From Octopus sinensis (Eukaryota): a stretch of DNA of 64,000 nucleotides. The notes under the pieces are model-generated. The model was not told the origin of the DNA and made no database searches. It saw only the letters and a list, made by a program, of their open reading frames with translations. Positions 26,270 through 39,860 of the stretch are shown here, piece by piece. The stretch covers positions 67,208,001 through 67,272,000 of the forward strand of contig NC_043008.1 of NCBI RefSeq assembly GCF_006345805.1, read 5' to 3'. A program made the position numbers and the translations under genes. Every line of letters begins with the position of its first letter. Within the stretch, counting starts at the first letter, position 1.

Positions 26270-26760
26270 ATTAAACAACAAATAAGTGCAATTACTAGAA
26301 TAAGAATGAGATGGAGAAAGTTCAGAGAACTTTTACCTCTGTTGGCAACTAAAAGTCTCTCTCTCTCCAAGTGTAGAGACAATTGTATGAAGCATGTGTA
26401 CAAAGTGCAACGCTGTATGGTTGTGGGATGTGGGCCTTGAATGTGGAAGACATGTGAAGCTGGTATGTTCACAGGATGTGCAATGTCAGTGTACATATGT
26501 GACAGAGCGTTGGTGTATTGAGAGAGAAGTTGGGCATAAGAGGAATTAGATAGTGTGCAAGAGAGGAGACTGTGCTGGTTTGCTCGTGTGGTGTGGATGG
26601 ATGAGAACAGTTACATAAAGAAGTGCCTATCACTTAAAGTAAGGGAGGGCCATCATGGAAGAAGGGGGCCCAAGAAGATATGTAATGAAGTATTGAAAGC
26701 CGATCTCAAAATGCTGAACCATATGGAGATGACAAAAGACTAAAATATATGCTGCATTGC
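26270..26760 (+). mobile_element. RTE-clade LINE 3' fragment
   Basis: RIRMRWRKFRELLPLLATKSLSL and RRLCWFARVVWMDENSYIKKC...GRRGPKK. Same family as 44560-45290. Confidence 0.7.
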
Positions 26761-28732
26761 TGTACTCAAGAAGACCTGCCCACCTCAACAGAATTGAGAT
26801 CCTAAAACCAAGGTGTCATGTAAAAAGCACTCAATACAATTTGTGGAGTGGTTGGCATTAGGAAAGACATACAGTTGTAAAAATGAAGCCAAAACAGAAT
26901 GTGGAACCTGGTGTGCCAACCATCTCCATTGTTTCAATGTAGGCTACTGCACTGACCTTGCAAGCAAAAAAGTGAAGAGGCATGACATGGACCATGTTAC
27001 TCACAACTCCCAAGACCATCACAGACAATTGGAACTCAGCATGTAAAAGAGCAGGGACTTCAATGGGGCTGGCACAGAACTGTGTCATTCCACCTGTTCA
27101 CTTTTTCATCTTGGACAAAGTTCTCATTTGAGAAAAACCAGGGCATGTCAGGTTCCTCAGGTGCTTCAGTTTGTTCAACTGGATCACCAGGTCTTATTGA
27201 ACTTGTCCTACTCCCATAATGCTAGATTTGTACCTGATGATTTTATGTACCACACATCTAATCATTGACTTCGACACATGATGCTTGGCAATGGTTCACA
27301 CTGACTTGCTGGACAAACTTGACCTTTCTGACAATGTCTGACCAAAGAGAGATTCCCGCCAGATGCCAGGAGCTCATTTCTGATCTTAAACACGAAGGAC
27401 CTGGCCACATTTAAGGTTGTAATATCAGAATCACTGTGGTTGGTAACTAAAGTGACAAGAACAAGCTTTTTTTATTATCTGTGTTAAATTTGAAGCTTGC
27501 ATGTCAGAGCTGAAAACAGGACATTTAGTTAAAGTTTGGACCACTTAGAATCCATTTTCTATGTTGGCATGGGTTAGATGGTTTGACTGGGACTGGTAAG
27601 CCAGAGAGTTATACCAGGCTCTAGTCGGATTTGGCTTGGTTTCTACGACTGGATGCCCTTCCTAACACAAACCACCCCAAAAGTGTAGGGGGTTCCTTTT
27701 ACATGTCACTGGCCATGACTACAATTTCACTTGGCTTGACATGTCTTCTCAAGCACAGCAAATTACCAAACACACCCACTTGCACATGATGGGCTTCTTT
27801 CAGTTCCCATCTACCAAATCCACTCACAAGGCTTTGGTTGGCCCATGGCTATAGTGGAAAAAACTTTGCCACATAGAAGACCACACAGTTGCAAAACAGT
27901 CATATCTTTTAGCTCTAAACAAATGTTTTAAATAAATCCTACTCTTGTCCTATAAGCCACAATATCAATGAAATTGGACTATGGAACCTAAACTTAAAAG
28001 TAATATATAATCACCTCATAACAAAGCTCTAATGTCAGTGTTTGAGATAGTTATTGATACTTAAACTGTACCAAAGCTACTACAGAAGGCCACTGACATC
28101 AGCCACATTTGTGTGCCAGACTGTAAGTACCCATTTCCTCTGTCTGTTCCTTCCGTTGTTTTGATGTAGTTTTAACAGATTCCCTTCTTACCACCACCAC
28201 CAGAGTCAAATATTGTGGAATACTATTCAACATCCCTAAAGAGTGCTTTAAGGGTCTGAAGCATGTCATTTAACAGAATTATGGACCTTAAACTCACTTC
28301 AAGCTACTAGAGCTAGGCCTTCAGAAAGAACAGACTGATCATCTTTTGTAATTAAGAATGGCTGCTAACTAGAGACATTTAGAAATAACCTAATTAACAT
28401 GTTCAACCATTTAAACTTAATTATTGTTAGCACTAACATCAGTTTTGTTAAATTTTGTAAACTCCAGAAAATACAATTCATACAGCAAAAACCAGACAGA
28501 TCTTAACATGAATTTACTTCACACTCGTTTCCTCAGCTTACAAAAAAATGTGTGTGCATCCCCATCCACATAAGCATGTCCAGGCTATTTTTTGCCCAAC
28601 ATATTGAGAGATATTTACCTTGTTTGGAAATAAATGAGGGTTGGTGATAGGAAAGGCATTTGACTATAGTAAACTGCCTCGACACATACACACACACACA
28701 TCTGACCCATGCAAGCATGGCAAAGTAAACTT

Positions 28733-29292
28733 TTAACTCTTTAACATGTAAACTGGCCATATCAGGTTCATATATTCTATCTTGTTTATATACAAACTGA
28801 CTAGATCCAGTCTCTCACACCTACTCTACAACACCAATCTAAAAATAAACAATCACATCATCAAAATCTCAAAGCTAAGAGATGATGCACGAGTGATTCA
28901 AAACATCATCATCATCATTTAACGTCCGTCTTCCAAGCATGGGTGGGACGGTACCATGAGAGCCGCCCAGGCCGAAGCCTGCACCAGACTTTTGCGACTG
29001 TTTTGGCAGGAGTTTTACAGCTGGATGCCCTTCCTAACACCAATCACTCAGCATTTTATGTGGCACAACCACAGGTGAGGTGAATAGTGCTTTTTACATG
29101 GCATAAGCACATGTGAAGTTAGTACTTTTTATGGGGTACAAGCACAGGTGAGGTCAGTTTTAGCAAGGTTTTGGGTATAGAGTTGGAGGGGATACTGGAT
29201 AGCAATGATACAGAGGAACAGGAGCATGAGGACAAGATTGTGAATAAATATGTATTACATTTGACAGAGAAATCTGAATGCTAAAGGGTTAA
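28733..29292. mobile_element. piggyBac-type MITE interrupted by a family C insertion (about 28905-29238)
   Basis: TTAA ends. The MITE sequence breaks after ttcaaaaca and resumes at tgtgaataaa, contiguous in the uninterrupted copies. Confidence 0.7.
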
Positions 29293-29391
29293 AGCAATGA
29301 TGACATCATCAACATCATCTTAATTTCCACATTCCACTACCATGTATCACCACTGTCTGTACACCAACAACATACAAATGTGTCTTTCACT

Positions 29392-29425
<34 letters not shown>

Positions 29426-30465
29426 CCTTTTGTTATCAACAGAAGTAATACTTCTCTGAACTTCTTCCACTCTTTCCATGTTCTAGCAACTATGCTTTCA
29501 GAACATCCTCCTCCAGTATTAATTAGGTCACCTAAGTAGCACAAGCTATCAACTATTTCTAGTGAACTTCCTGGTCATTTGAGAAAATTTATTTCCCATG
29601 GGCTTTTAGTGTCTATGGCTCCAGTGCAACTGCCATAAACAAAGTCCACTTTCTGTTAACCTTCTTGTGATCCCACTGCACTTCTTATGTGTCCGTATAC
29701 ACAAACATACCAAAATACATACACATGTACAGACACATTCAAATCCACTAATAAGACTTTGGGGCAATAGTAGAAGAGACACATGCACAAGGTGCCATGC
29801 AGTGGAACTGAAACCAAAACTACGATGTTGGGAAGCAAACATCTAACCACATAGTCATACTTATGTCTAAATATGTTCATATAGCATCATTTACCACGAT
29901 TCATTCATCATTAATCCAGGATAACAGGTGAATCCATAAGCTTAACAATGTTCACAATGCTAAGCTTATGAATTGGCCAGTGATGCCATGGGATCGCTGT
30001 TGTCTGCTGGTAGCACAAAAATGCACCCCCAGTGAATACCCACAATGCTCAGCTATGCATAATACACTGACTATCTCTTGTGTTTACATGACCGTGCTGC
30101 AAGGTCATGTATTTTCTTTATATTGATTTACATACTCATATCTATCAACATGGGACTGGCAAATAGAGAAAATACAAGGCACCTGATCCTAACAAATGAC
30201 ACAGAGAAATGTATTCTCTACAGGGAAAGGTAGAGATAGATGATCAAGAATATATGTGATGAAGTACTGAATAACAACCTCAGGACACTGAACCTTTCGG
30301 ATGGTGTAAAGCACTCATTGTGGTACCACATAAAAGTGCCCATGCTCTACTTCCCTATATACTTCTTGTACAATCTAACAGAATCTATAACTAAATACTT
30401 CAGTTAAGTAAGCTGTAGTTAAAGTGAAACTAAAAAATTAAAAAAATATAAAAAAAGGTCATTAC

Positions 30466-30589
30466 CTATGTCTTCGTTCTTCAAGTGTCATTCCCTTATT
30501 GCCAGTTTTCTTATCAGCTGTAGATTTCTTTCGAGATTCTTCTTGTTTTTTCAAATTTTTCTGCCGGGCTTTGTCTCTTTGGTTACCAC
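30466..30589 (-). CDS. SERF: SERF coding exon 2 (RGNQRDKARQKNLKKQEESRKKSTADKKTGNKGMTLEERRHR)
   Basis: Acceptor ttcttgaaattccag, donor gtaatg, 124 nt, phase 1->2, SERF motif. Confidence 0.95.
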
Positions 30590-31138
30590 CTGGAATTTCA
30601 AGAAAATATCTATTTTAACATGCTAAAATTACAACAAATGTGTGCATATATACACACACACACACACACAGAATATCCTCATTCTCCACTAATAATACAT
30701 CATCTACAGCAATATGAATAAATGAATCACACACACATGCACACACACTAATTTATGCAAATCAGTGTTCAAATTGATTGATCACCTGACCTACTATATA
30801 TTCTGCAGACACATGTACCTGATCACTATGACAAGGATCAGCCTGCAAATTATTTAATGCAGTTCAAACAAGGTTTCAGCTTCTGTCTAAGCAGAAAACT
30901 TAGCTCAAGTGTGTTTTGTAATATACTCACAAGAAAGCCTTCACATCAGCTCTGGTGTGTCTGTGTGGTTGAGAAGTTTGTTTCCCAACTGCATGGTTTT
31001 GACTTCAATCCCACTGTAGGGCATCTTCAGTGAATGCCTTCTACTACAATACTGGGCAGATGAAAGTCTTGAAAGAGGATTTGGTAAATAAAAACAGAGA
31101 AACTTACTTTGTTGTGTGTGTATGTATGTATGTATGTG

Positions 31139-31221
<83 letters not shown>

Positions 31222-31248
31222 ATGTATGTATATATATATATATATATA

Positions 31249-31885
31249 TTAAGCTAGTAACCTGCCTCATTCTTGATTCCGAATTCCTTTTGCCAAGACT
31301 GTCCGTAAACGAAGTGATCCCAAGATAAGAAATCCTTGAACTTTAATTCATCCCGTATTTCTATTATTATTATTATTATTATTTATTAATTATTATTATG
31401 ATCCCCCTAGACGCCACTCTGTTTACTATTTCAGCCTCGCCTCGTTTTTGCATATTCTGTATATTCACTAGTTATCGTTATAGATATTTAAGATCTATTC
31501 TCCCTTACAGGCTGATAGAAATTGGCTGCCGATTCTTCGCGCCCTTCTCTCCCCCTCTTTTACATTGTCTGTCTGGACTCCTATGCATACTTAAGCTAGT
31601 AACCTGCCTCATTCTTGATTCCGAATTCCTTTTGCCAAGACTGTCCGTAAACGAAGTGATCCCAAGATAAGAAATCCTTGAACTTTAATTCATCCCGTAT
31701 TTCTATTATTATTATATTATTATTTATTAATTATTATTATTATTCTGATCCCCCTAGACGCCACTCTGTTACTATTTCAGCCTCGCCCGTTTTTGCATAT
31801 TCTGTATAATTCACTAGTTATCGTTATAGATATTTAAGATCTATTCTCCCTTACAGGGCTGATAGAAATTGGCTGCCGATTCTTC
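31249..31885. repeat. 342-bp tandem duplication (about 1.9 units) abutting (TA)n
   Basis: Unit start ttaagctagtaacctgcc at 31249 and 31591. Confidence 0.9.
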
Positions 31886-31965
31886 ACGCCGCGCCTGCCC
31901 TACCCACCCCACCACCAATACCGAATATCTCTATTTTGCTCCAACTATACCGGATGTCGTTTCTC

Positions 31966-32438
31966 CCACCACCATTATAGGTGTCTACTCTTTGAACCCC
32001 CCTCTTCAATACGCTATTTCACCATGCATTACCCCTCTCTCGATATCCTACGTTCTACTTGCCTAGAACCTGTCCTCTGAACCACCCCTCCCACTGGTGC
32101 TCCCCTATATTTCTGCACCCCCCCACCACCATTATAGGTGTCTACTCTTTGAACCCCCCTCTTCAATACGCTATTTCACCATGCATTACCCCTCTCTCGA
32201 TATCCTACGTTCTACTTGCCTTGAACCTGTCCTCTGAACCACCCCTCCCACTGGCTCCCCTATATTTCTGCACCCCCCCACCACCATTATAGGTGTCTAC
32301 TATTTGAAGCCCCCTCTTCAATACGCTATTTCACCATGCATTACCCCTCTCTCGGTATCCTACGTTCTACTTGCCTAGTACCTGTCCTCTGAACCATCCC
32401 TCCCACTGGTGCTCCCCTATATTTCTGCACCCCCCCCC
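31966..32438. repeat. About 156-bp tandem repeat x3
   Basis: Unit start ccaccaccattatagg at 31966, 32123 and 32278. Confidence 0.9.
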
Positions 32439-32687
32439 CATAAAAAGCACCATCCGAACGTGGCCGATGCCAGACCCCTCTGGCACCTGTGCAGGTGGCA
32501 CGTAAAAAACACCCACTACACTCGCGGAGTGGTTGGCGTTAGGAAGGGCATCCAGCTGTAGAAACACTGCCAGACTAGACTGGAGCCTGGGGCAGTCCCG
32601 AGCTCCCCAGACCCCGGTCGAAACCGTCCAACCCGTGCTAGCGCGGAAAACGGACGTTAAATGATGATGATGATGATGATGATGATG

Positions 32688-32720
<33 letters not shown>

Positions 32721-32729
32721 TATACACAC

Positions 32730-33480
32730 ACAAGGTAGTATCAAAAAGTTACCAGAATAGTTATGCTTAAAAAAAAAATTTATTTAGCTAAGTTTTAATA
32801 TCATCTCCTTCAAAATAGTCACCTTGCATAGCAGCAATACACCAGTCCCAGCATTCCTGCCACTTTTGGAATCAGGCGTGGAAGTCATTTTCCGTGAGCA
32901 AGTCAAGGAACTTCTGCAATTTGTTCTTCGTCTTTTAACAATGGTGTTAAAACGGAGACCTTTGAGCTGCATTTTCATCTTAGGGAAAAGACGGAAATCC
33001 ACAGGTGCTAAATTTGGGTAATAGGACGGGTGCAGAAGCGACACCATGTTTTTGGTGAGAGACTCATGAGTGAGGAGAGCTCAGTGATAGGGTGCTTTGG
33101 TTGTCATGAAGAATACAATTCTTCACGCTTCACAGATTCAGTCACTTTGCTGAATGTCTTCCTTGAAACACTTCAAAACATCACTGATTGTCCTCCAACA
33201 ATCCTCATGCACAAGCTAATGAATTTTCTCCACATTTCCAGGAGTGACGCAGATCTTCCAGATCACTCATCATCTTCTAGGGATGTTCTTCTGCTTTTGA
33301 AGTACCCGAGCCATTCAAAACATTGTGTACAACCCATTGCCTCATTGAAGCATACTCAACTTCCCTAGTTTAATGCAAAATTTCACATTGACTCTTTGTT
33401 CCTGTCCGTGATGAAATCACAGACTACAGCATACATGTGATCACAAAAACACAAATTTCACAACTTGCAAAGTAAACAGC
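32730..33480 (-). mobile_element. Degenerate mariner (Tc1/mariner) transposon fragment
   Basis: HPSYYPNLAPVDFRLFPKMKMQLKGLRF (mariner HPPYSPDLAP..F.LF motif). TIR-like caaggtagtatcaaaaagttaccagaat at 32731. Confidence 0.75.
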
Positions 33481-33844
33481 AATGTCACTCACCATACTGC
33501 CTCATGAAGGTCACTACTCTCACTTTCCAATCATTTGTGAAGAAACATATCCAGCCAACAGGGAAGTATTACCTTACTTGGAAACAGTGGGGATTGGCAG
33601 CAGGAAGGGCATCTGATCATAGAACATCTACCTCAACAAATTCTGTCTAACGCATGCAGGCAAGAAAAAGTGGATGAGAAAACGATGATAACCATCATCA
33701 TATGATAGTCATATCTCTCTAAAATTACATTCGACTATCTTCGAAAAGAAAGAACAGAGTATAAAATGTCTCTGTATATGTCTTCATGACTTAGGCTGAA
33801 CTGATGTTGATGACAACAACATACACAAACAACACACAAATTTC

Positions 33845-34071
33845 TTAATCTTCTAGCATTTAATCCATCCATATCCAGCCCAAATATTCTACCAGTTTTA
33901 TGTTAAAACTGACCAGATCCAACCTGTCACACCTACCCTACAATGTAATTCTAAAAATATACAAACACACCATTGAAATCATGAAGCTAAAAGGTAATGC
34001 ATGATTAATTCAAAACAATGTGAATAAATGAGTATTATATTGACAGAATAATCTGAATGCTAAAAGATTAA
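33845..34071. mobile_element. piggyBac-type MITE
   Basis: TTAA-flanked, homologous to 36417-36646. Confidence 0.65.
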
Positions 34072-36121
34072 CTAATTCCACTCCTCACCACTATTTTATA
34101 TCTAATTATTGTCAGTTTTCAATGACTTGTATGCATTTCTTTAATCAGATATTTTGGAAACTGAACAGATTTTGATTCACAATGGACACAACTAGATGGA
34201 TGTCTGATCAGAGTTGCCCTCAAGATGAAAACAATTTGTTTAAATTATCAAATTCATAGAAATCAGAGTTTGCCTTTCAAGAATTTTTTCTTCTTTCTAT
34301 TATAGGCACAAAGCCTGAAATTTTGGGGAAGAGGACTAATCTATTACACCAATTCTAGTACTCGACCCTGAAAGAATGAAAGGCAAGGGCACTAATCAAA
34401 ACTTAAAACAGTCAATGAAGAAATCTCCACAAGCTAGAAATAGATGCCAAGTCTTCCTCAAATCCCACTGTGTTAAAAAAAAAAAAAAGGAGTCACACTG
34501 ATCACTGTAGCTTAGATGATCATAGTTTGAACTCCTTTGACTATATGTCAGCTTAGTCAGAGCTGATCTGAAGCTAAAAAAACAGCAACAAGTGGACAGA
34601 GATAATGTGAGAGCTTCTATGAGGCTGCTTGGCCTGCTAAAACAGTAGTCAAATCTTGCCCTATCGTCTTAAAACAGGAAGGACACAACATACAACATAG
34701 TCTTAGATAACACAATGATGTGGTCATGGCCGCTCAATTAGAACTGACCTGTAACTTAACAACTGGACATTGTTGTGTTGCTGGAAAGTTAATAGACGGA
34801 ATTCTTATTATAGAAACATCTTAATTTATAATTAGGAGAATCACATTTAAACTCATCTGGAACTGTTAAAAAAAAAGAAAAGAAAAAAAACCATGTTCTC
34901 GTTAATAAAAAATAATACTGTATATTATTGATTTCTAATATAGATAGATCAAAATTTTCTTTGATAGCAGCTGGGGTGGATACGAATATATCAGTAGGGA
35001 AAAGGCATAATGGTTTTAACCAGCAGAATTAAACACTTCTGATATCAATCTGCCTAAGATTGTTCTGGTTCTATGCTGCAAACTTCCAGTTTTAAAATGA
35101 CCTAAATTAAAACTTAACATCAAAATTTCCTGTTAATTTAAACACAAACTCAATTCAGATAAAGTTATTTTACTAAATTTTTCATTATTGTAAAAGTCAA
35201 TTGAAACAAAAGAAGTGTGTTTCAACAGAAATATGGTAACAAAAGGGTTACTTAATTGGTGCAAGAAACAACAGCCAAATCTCCCATAAATCTCACTTGG
35301 CAGTCATAAAATACTACACCTATTGGATAATATAGAAATATATACCATTCTGCCTGAGTGTGGTGCTTAAAATACTTTTAGCCATAATTCTACATAAAAA
35401 AAGCTGACCTTGAACTGAACAACTACAATCCTTCTTCCATCAGTTGTTAAAACACATCTGCTGGTGCCATGTAAAAAGCACCCAGCACACTCTCTAAAGT
35501 GGTTGGCATTAGGAAGAGCCTCCAGCCACAGACACCAAGCCAACTTAGAACCTGGTGCAGCTCTCCTGCTCACCAGCTCTGGTCAAATTGTCCAACACAT
35601 GCCACTATGGAAAACAGATATTAAATGATGATGATAATGATGTCAGTAATTTGAAATCTTTCACAAATTTTAGCACAGATTTACTTCATAAAACAACTCT
35701 CCCCAAACAACAAATTATAATCCATTTACGTTTGAATATTCAAAACATACAATGTAATTATTTTGCTGCTGTCAGACCTGACTGAACAGGTCTATGATAA
35801 AAAAAAAAGAAAGCCCCTCTGACAATCCAGTCTCTGTCTCTCTCTTTTTTCTTCTTTTTAAGTTAGTGTACTGGGATTACTCTATCCAATGAGTCATTTT
35901 TTGTTTTAAAAGATGTTAAAACAACTTCAGAGAGAGGTTACATCTTCAACACAAAATTATTGAGAGCTGAGTGGTTGGCCTTTAGGAAGGGCATCCAGCT
36001 GTAGCAACTTTGCCAGATCAGATTGGAACCGTCTGGTTTGCCAGCTCTCAGTCAAACCATCCAACTCATGCCAGCATAGAAAGTAGATGTTAAACAATGA
36101 TGATAATGATACATACACACA

Positions 36122-36164
<43 letters not shown>

Positions 36165-36416
36165 ATATCTCGTGCACATGAATATGTAGCAATGGGTTGG
36201 AAGGATATGGTTTCAATAGCAGAGAAGACCATCCTAGTCAAAGGGCATGAAGCCTACCCTAGCTAACATCCAAACACATTCCTTAATGCATAGATTTTCA
36301 AATCCATCTTCCACAATCAAACATTTTATTATGCCTATATAAAAAAATAATAATTTTGGGATTTTTATATTTTTGGTAAATTTTCAGAATCTGCCAGTGA
36401 CATTTTCTTTTCTTTA

Positions 36417-36646
36417 TTAACCCTTTAGCATTTAAACCGGCCATATCCAGCCAAAAGTAATTCTGCCTGTTTTATGTTCAAACTGGCCAGATCTGGTCTC
36501 TCACACCAACCCTACAATATCGTTTTAAAAATTAACAGCTACTTCATTAAAATCTCATAGCTACAAGATAATGCACGATTCATTCAAAACAATGTGGATA
36601 AAAAAGCATTAATTTTGGTGGAATAATGCAAACACTAAAGAGTTAA
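36417..36646. mobile_element. piggyBac-type MITE
   Basis: TTAA|ccctttagcattt ... cactaaagag|TTAA. Confidence 0.75.
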
Positions 36647-36939
36647 TCCAGAGTTGATTAGACAGGATTTAAAGCTGCATGTCATTTTTTAAATAAAATA
36701 TATTTATGAATATAAAAATTATCCCCTTTTTGTATCTAAACATGTTTCATGTCCATTCAAAATGTACAAACATGTTTTGTTTGTAGTTCCATTTTTATCC
36801 TATTTGTTAATGTTCACAAAGTGAAACAGTGCAATACTAATTCTTTCTTTTATGGAATACAAATGGCTTTCATTATTTTGAAATTCATGTTCTTTATTCC
36901 TATAGATATACAAAAGACTGGATCAAGATTCCTTTACTA

Positions 36940-37345
36940 TAATCTTTTATCTTTTACTTGTTTCAGTGATTAGACTGTGGCCATGCTGGGGCACCACCTT
37001 GAAGAATTTTTAGTTGAACAAATCGACCCCAGCACTTAGTTTTGTTTTTAAGCCTGGTACACATTCTATCAGTCTCTTTTGCTGAACTGCTTAGTTAAAG
37101 GGATGTAAACACACCAACACCAGTTGTCAACCAGTTGTGGGGAACAAATACAGACACAAAGACACACACATACACAGATATGTTATGAACAAAAGGTTTC
37201 TTTCAGTTTCCCTCTACCAAATCTACTCACAAGGCTTTAGTCAGCCCAAGGCTATAGAAGAAGCCCAAGGTGTCATGCAGTGGAACTGAACCAAGAACCA
37301 TGTGGTTGGGAAGTAAGCTTCTTACCACACAACCACACCTGTGCC
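36940..37345 (-). mobile_element. SINE family A, CpG-decayed
   Basis: Full structure with CG->TG/CA changes. Confidence 0.8.
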
Positions 37346-38621
37346 TATTGTTAAAAAAAAACAAAACAGTTTTTCATAATGTTTATAAAAAAAATTTGAA
37401 GGATCATGACAGATTCTGAATCTAGTGTACAAAACAAAAATTTGAAAATCATTAAAAAGAATGGCGCATAATATAAGACTTAAAATCCAAGTTTAAAAGC
37501 AGCAACTTCCACACCAAAATGGAGAGAACAAGTTACTAAGTAATAACACATCTGGGAAGTAGTGTTGCTAAGGAAAATTGCAGTTTTAAGCTAGACTTTC
37601 TGCAAAAGAATGCTAAACAGAATATTCAGAAAAAATAATGCTAGTTTATTAAACAACAAAAAGAAAAATATATATGAACTTTGCTAACATATCTTAATCC
37701 ACTTCCAACAAATATAAGTTTTCAGTATTTATGGTGTTACAAAGTGGTAACTATTGTACTAATTTTACTTTAAGTAAACAATCTTGGCAGCATCTGTCAG
37801 GTTGTTATAGACCACATTTCACAGAGTGAGAAATTCCATCTTATTTCTCAATTTGGGTTTGTTAAAATATTTGTGCTACTGAATAGACTTTCTATCAAAA
37901 CATTTGTATTTCAGAACATTAAAAGATTAAGAGCAAATGTTGCCAATATCTATAAAGGGATTTCCTCCAGTAACAACTTTGGAATAAAATAAATTTGTCC
38001 CCAAATTTGTTCAATATTAGGTCAAGTTTAGCACCTTGCAGGTGGGGCCCCATTAGATTTTTCTTCAGGTCGAGTGGCTCGTCCTGCTCAAATGGTTCCT
38101 GAATACAGGTCGTTTAAGGATGTTGAACAAAACACCTATGTTACAAAAGGTGAATTATCCAAACTCCAAAGAATTCCTCTCAACACATGGCAATGATGCT
38201 CCCCCACTACTTCTGCTTATTAGAGATGCACATACTGTCAGCCACTAAGGGACATGCTCAACTGGTTAAGGTCAAGCAACTGACAAGCAATCTGTGGTAT
38301 TGAGCAGAATATTTGCTGTAGCCCATCTTTTATACCAAGACAATGTACATGATAACACTTCCAATCATTTAAGATCAGAAGCTATGAGAGCCATTGACTG
38401 GTATTGCATCAGGGCATTTATTATTATTATTATTATCATCATTAGTATTATTATTAAGGCAGCGAGCTGGCAGAATGTTAACATGCCAGGCAAAATGCTT
38501 AGTGGCATTTCGTTCATCTTGACATTCTGAGTTTAAGTTCTGCCAAGGTCCACTCAGCCTTTCATCCTTTCACAGTCAAAAAAAATAAGTACAGTTGATC
38601 ACTGGGGCCAATGTAATTGAT

Positions 38622-38797
38622 TTGTAAGGAATTTTGAAATAATATTTCATCCAAATTTAAACTTAATGAAAACATTTTGTAACTTTATAACTGGAAATAT
38701 TTAGGACTTTTGACACTAAATACTTCCAGTTATAAAGTTACAAAATATTTTTATTAGCTTAAATTTGGATGAAATATTATTTCAAAATTCCTTACAA
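38622..38797. repeat. AT-rich fold-back, about 83-bp arms
   Basis: ttgtaaggaattttgaaataatatttcatccaaattt... mirrored by ...aaatttggatgaaatattatttcaaaattccttacaa, with an about 11-nt loop. Confidence 0.9.
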
Positions 38798-39117
38798 GTT
38801 GTGCACATGTGTATTCTGCTAAAAGTGCTAAATAATGAAAAAGTGCTGATTTTCCTGTTAACTTGCTCAAAAATGCTAAATAAGCAACAATGCTGAGAAA
38901 ATGGAGAAAAACAGCAGCAGCATCACAAAGACGGAGAGAGAGGATGTGTGTGGGGTGTGATGGGTCTCTCGGTTCTAAACTCCACCCAAAACCTCAAAAG
39001 TGACGTAGGCAATAGATGACATGTCACAATTACTGTAAAAGGGGGAGAAAGAAATTTGAGGGGGGAGGGGAACCTACTTTCCGTTGTCCTCTTATCTCAC
39101 ACATAAAGTTCTTTAAC

Positions 39118-39860
39118 TTAACCCTATGGCAGCCAGGTTCCCAGTATAGCAGCAATAGCCTAACCGTAATCGGCGAAGTTCAAGAATACGCACATCACTC
39201 GTTTTCGGCGGTTAGGGTTAGGCCAAAAACGGGTGGGTGTGCGCATTCTTTACCTCCGCCACCGTAATCGCTATTGGTTTCCCATTGAAGTGATAAAGAA
39301 CAAGAAAAGAAAAGATAAAACACTAAAAAAAAAAAAAGACAACTGATCTACCTTACAACTTTGTAGTCGAATGTGTTATGACTCATTGTTAATGGCGTTT
39401 CCCCATAGTTATTGTTGACTTTTGTTTTTAATCGAGAAAAAAAAAAAAAGATTCTTGCGATGAAACGAGCGTGTAACGAACCCGTTACTTAGCCTGGTAA
39501 ATGAACAAGGCCCAGACTCCTTACAATTGAGGAAGTTATTGATGGTAATTTTTCGGACGATGAGTTTGGCCTTACGCAGAGAATGAGTGATTCGGACAAT
39601 TTAAGTGGCGAAAGTAATGAGGAAAGTAATGATTCGGGTCAAATACGTTAGTTGAAAGACAAGCCTCTATTATTGTTATTCTCTGGTATTTGTGTGTGTG
39701 TGTGTGCGTAAGAGATTATGTCCATTAGTTTGCACGGTAGTTGAGACATAGGCCTAGCAATAGTTACTACTGGGCTGTGTATACAACTGTTTATTATTTT
39801 GTTCAGGAACCCAGGTAAAGAGTAAAGTTAGACATAGGGGTCCAGATCTGAGAGGGTTAA
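39118..39860 (+). mobile_element. Possible internally deleted piggyBac-like element
   Basis: TTAA|ccct ... aggg|TTAA ends. Internal acidic peptide RPRLLTIEEVIDGNFSDDEFGLTQRMSDSDNLSGESNEESNDS resembles piggyBac transposase N-termini. Confidence 0.45.

Noticed and set aside
30257-30295. GTGATGA...CTGA...CTGA box C/D-like motif
   Set aside because: It is too short (about 36 nt), has no terminal stem, and is antisense to the host SERF transcript.
31858-31885. ctgatagaaattggctgccgatt as a hammerhead
   Set aside because: There is a hairpin after CTGATAGA, but no GAAA or stem III follows.
31249-32438. CRISPR-like or coding interpretation of the tandem repeats
   Set aside because: The units are contiguous, with no unique spacers. 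The context is eukaryotic with no cas genes, and the ORFs are short and low-complexity.
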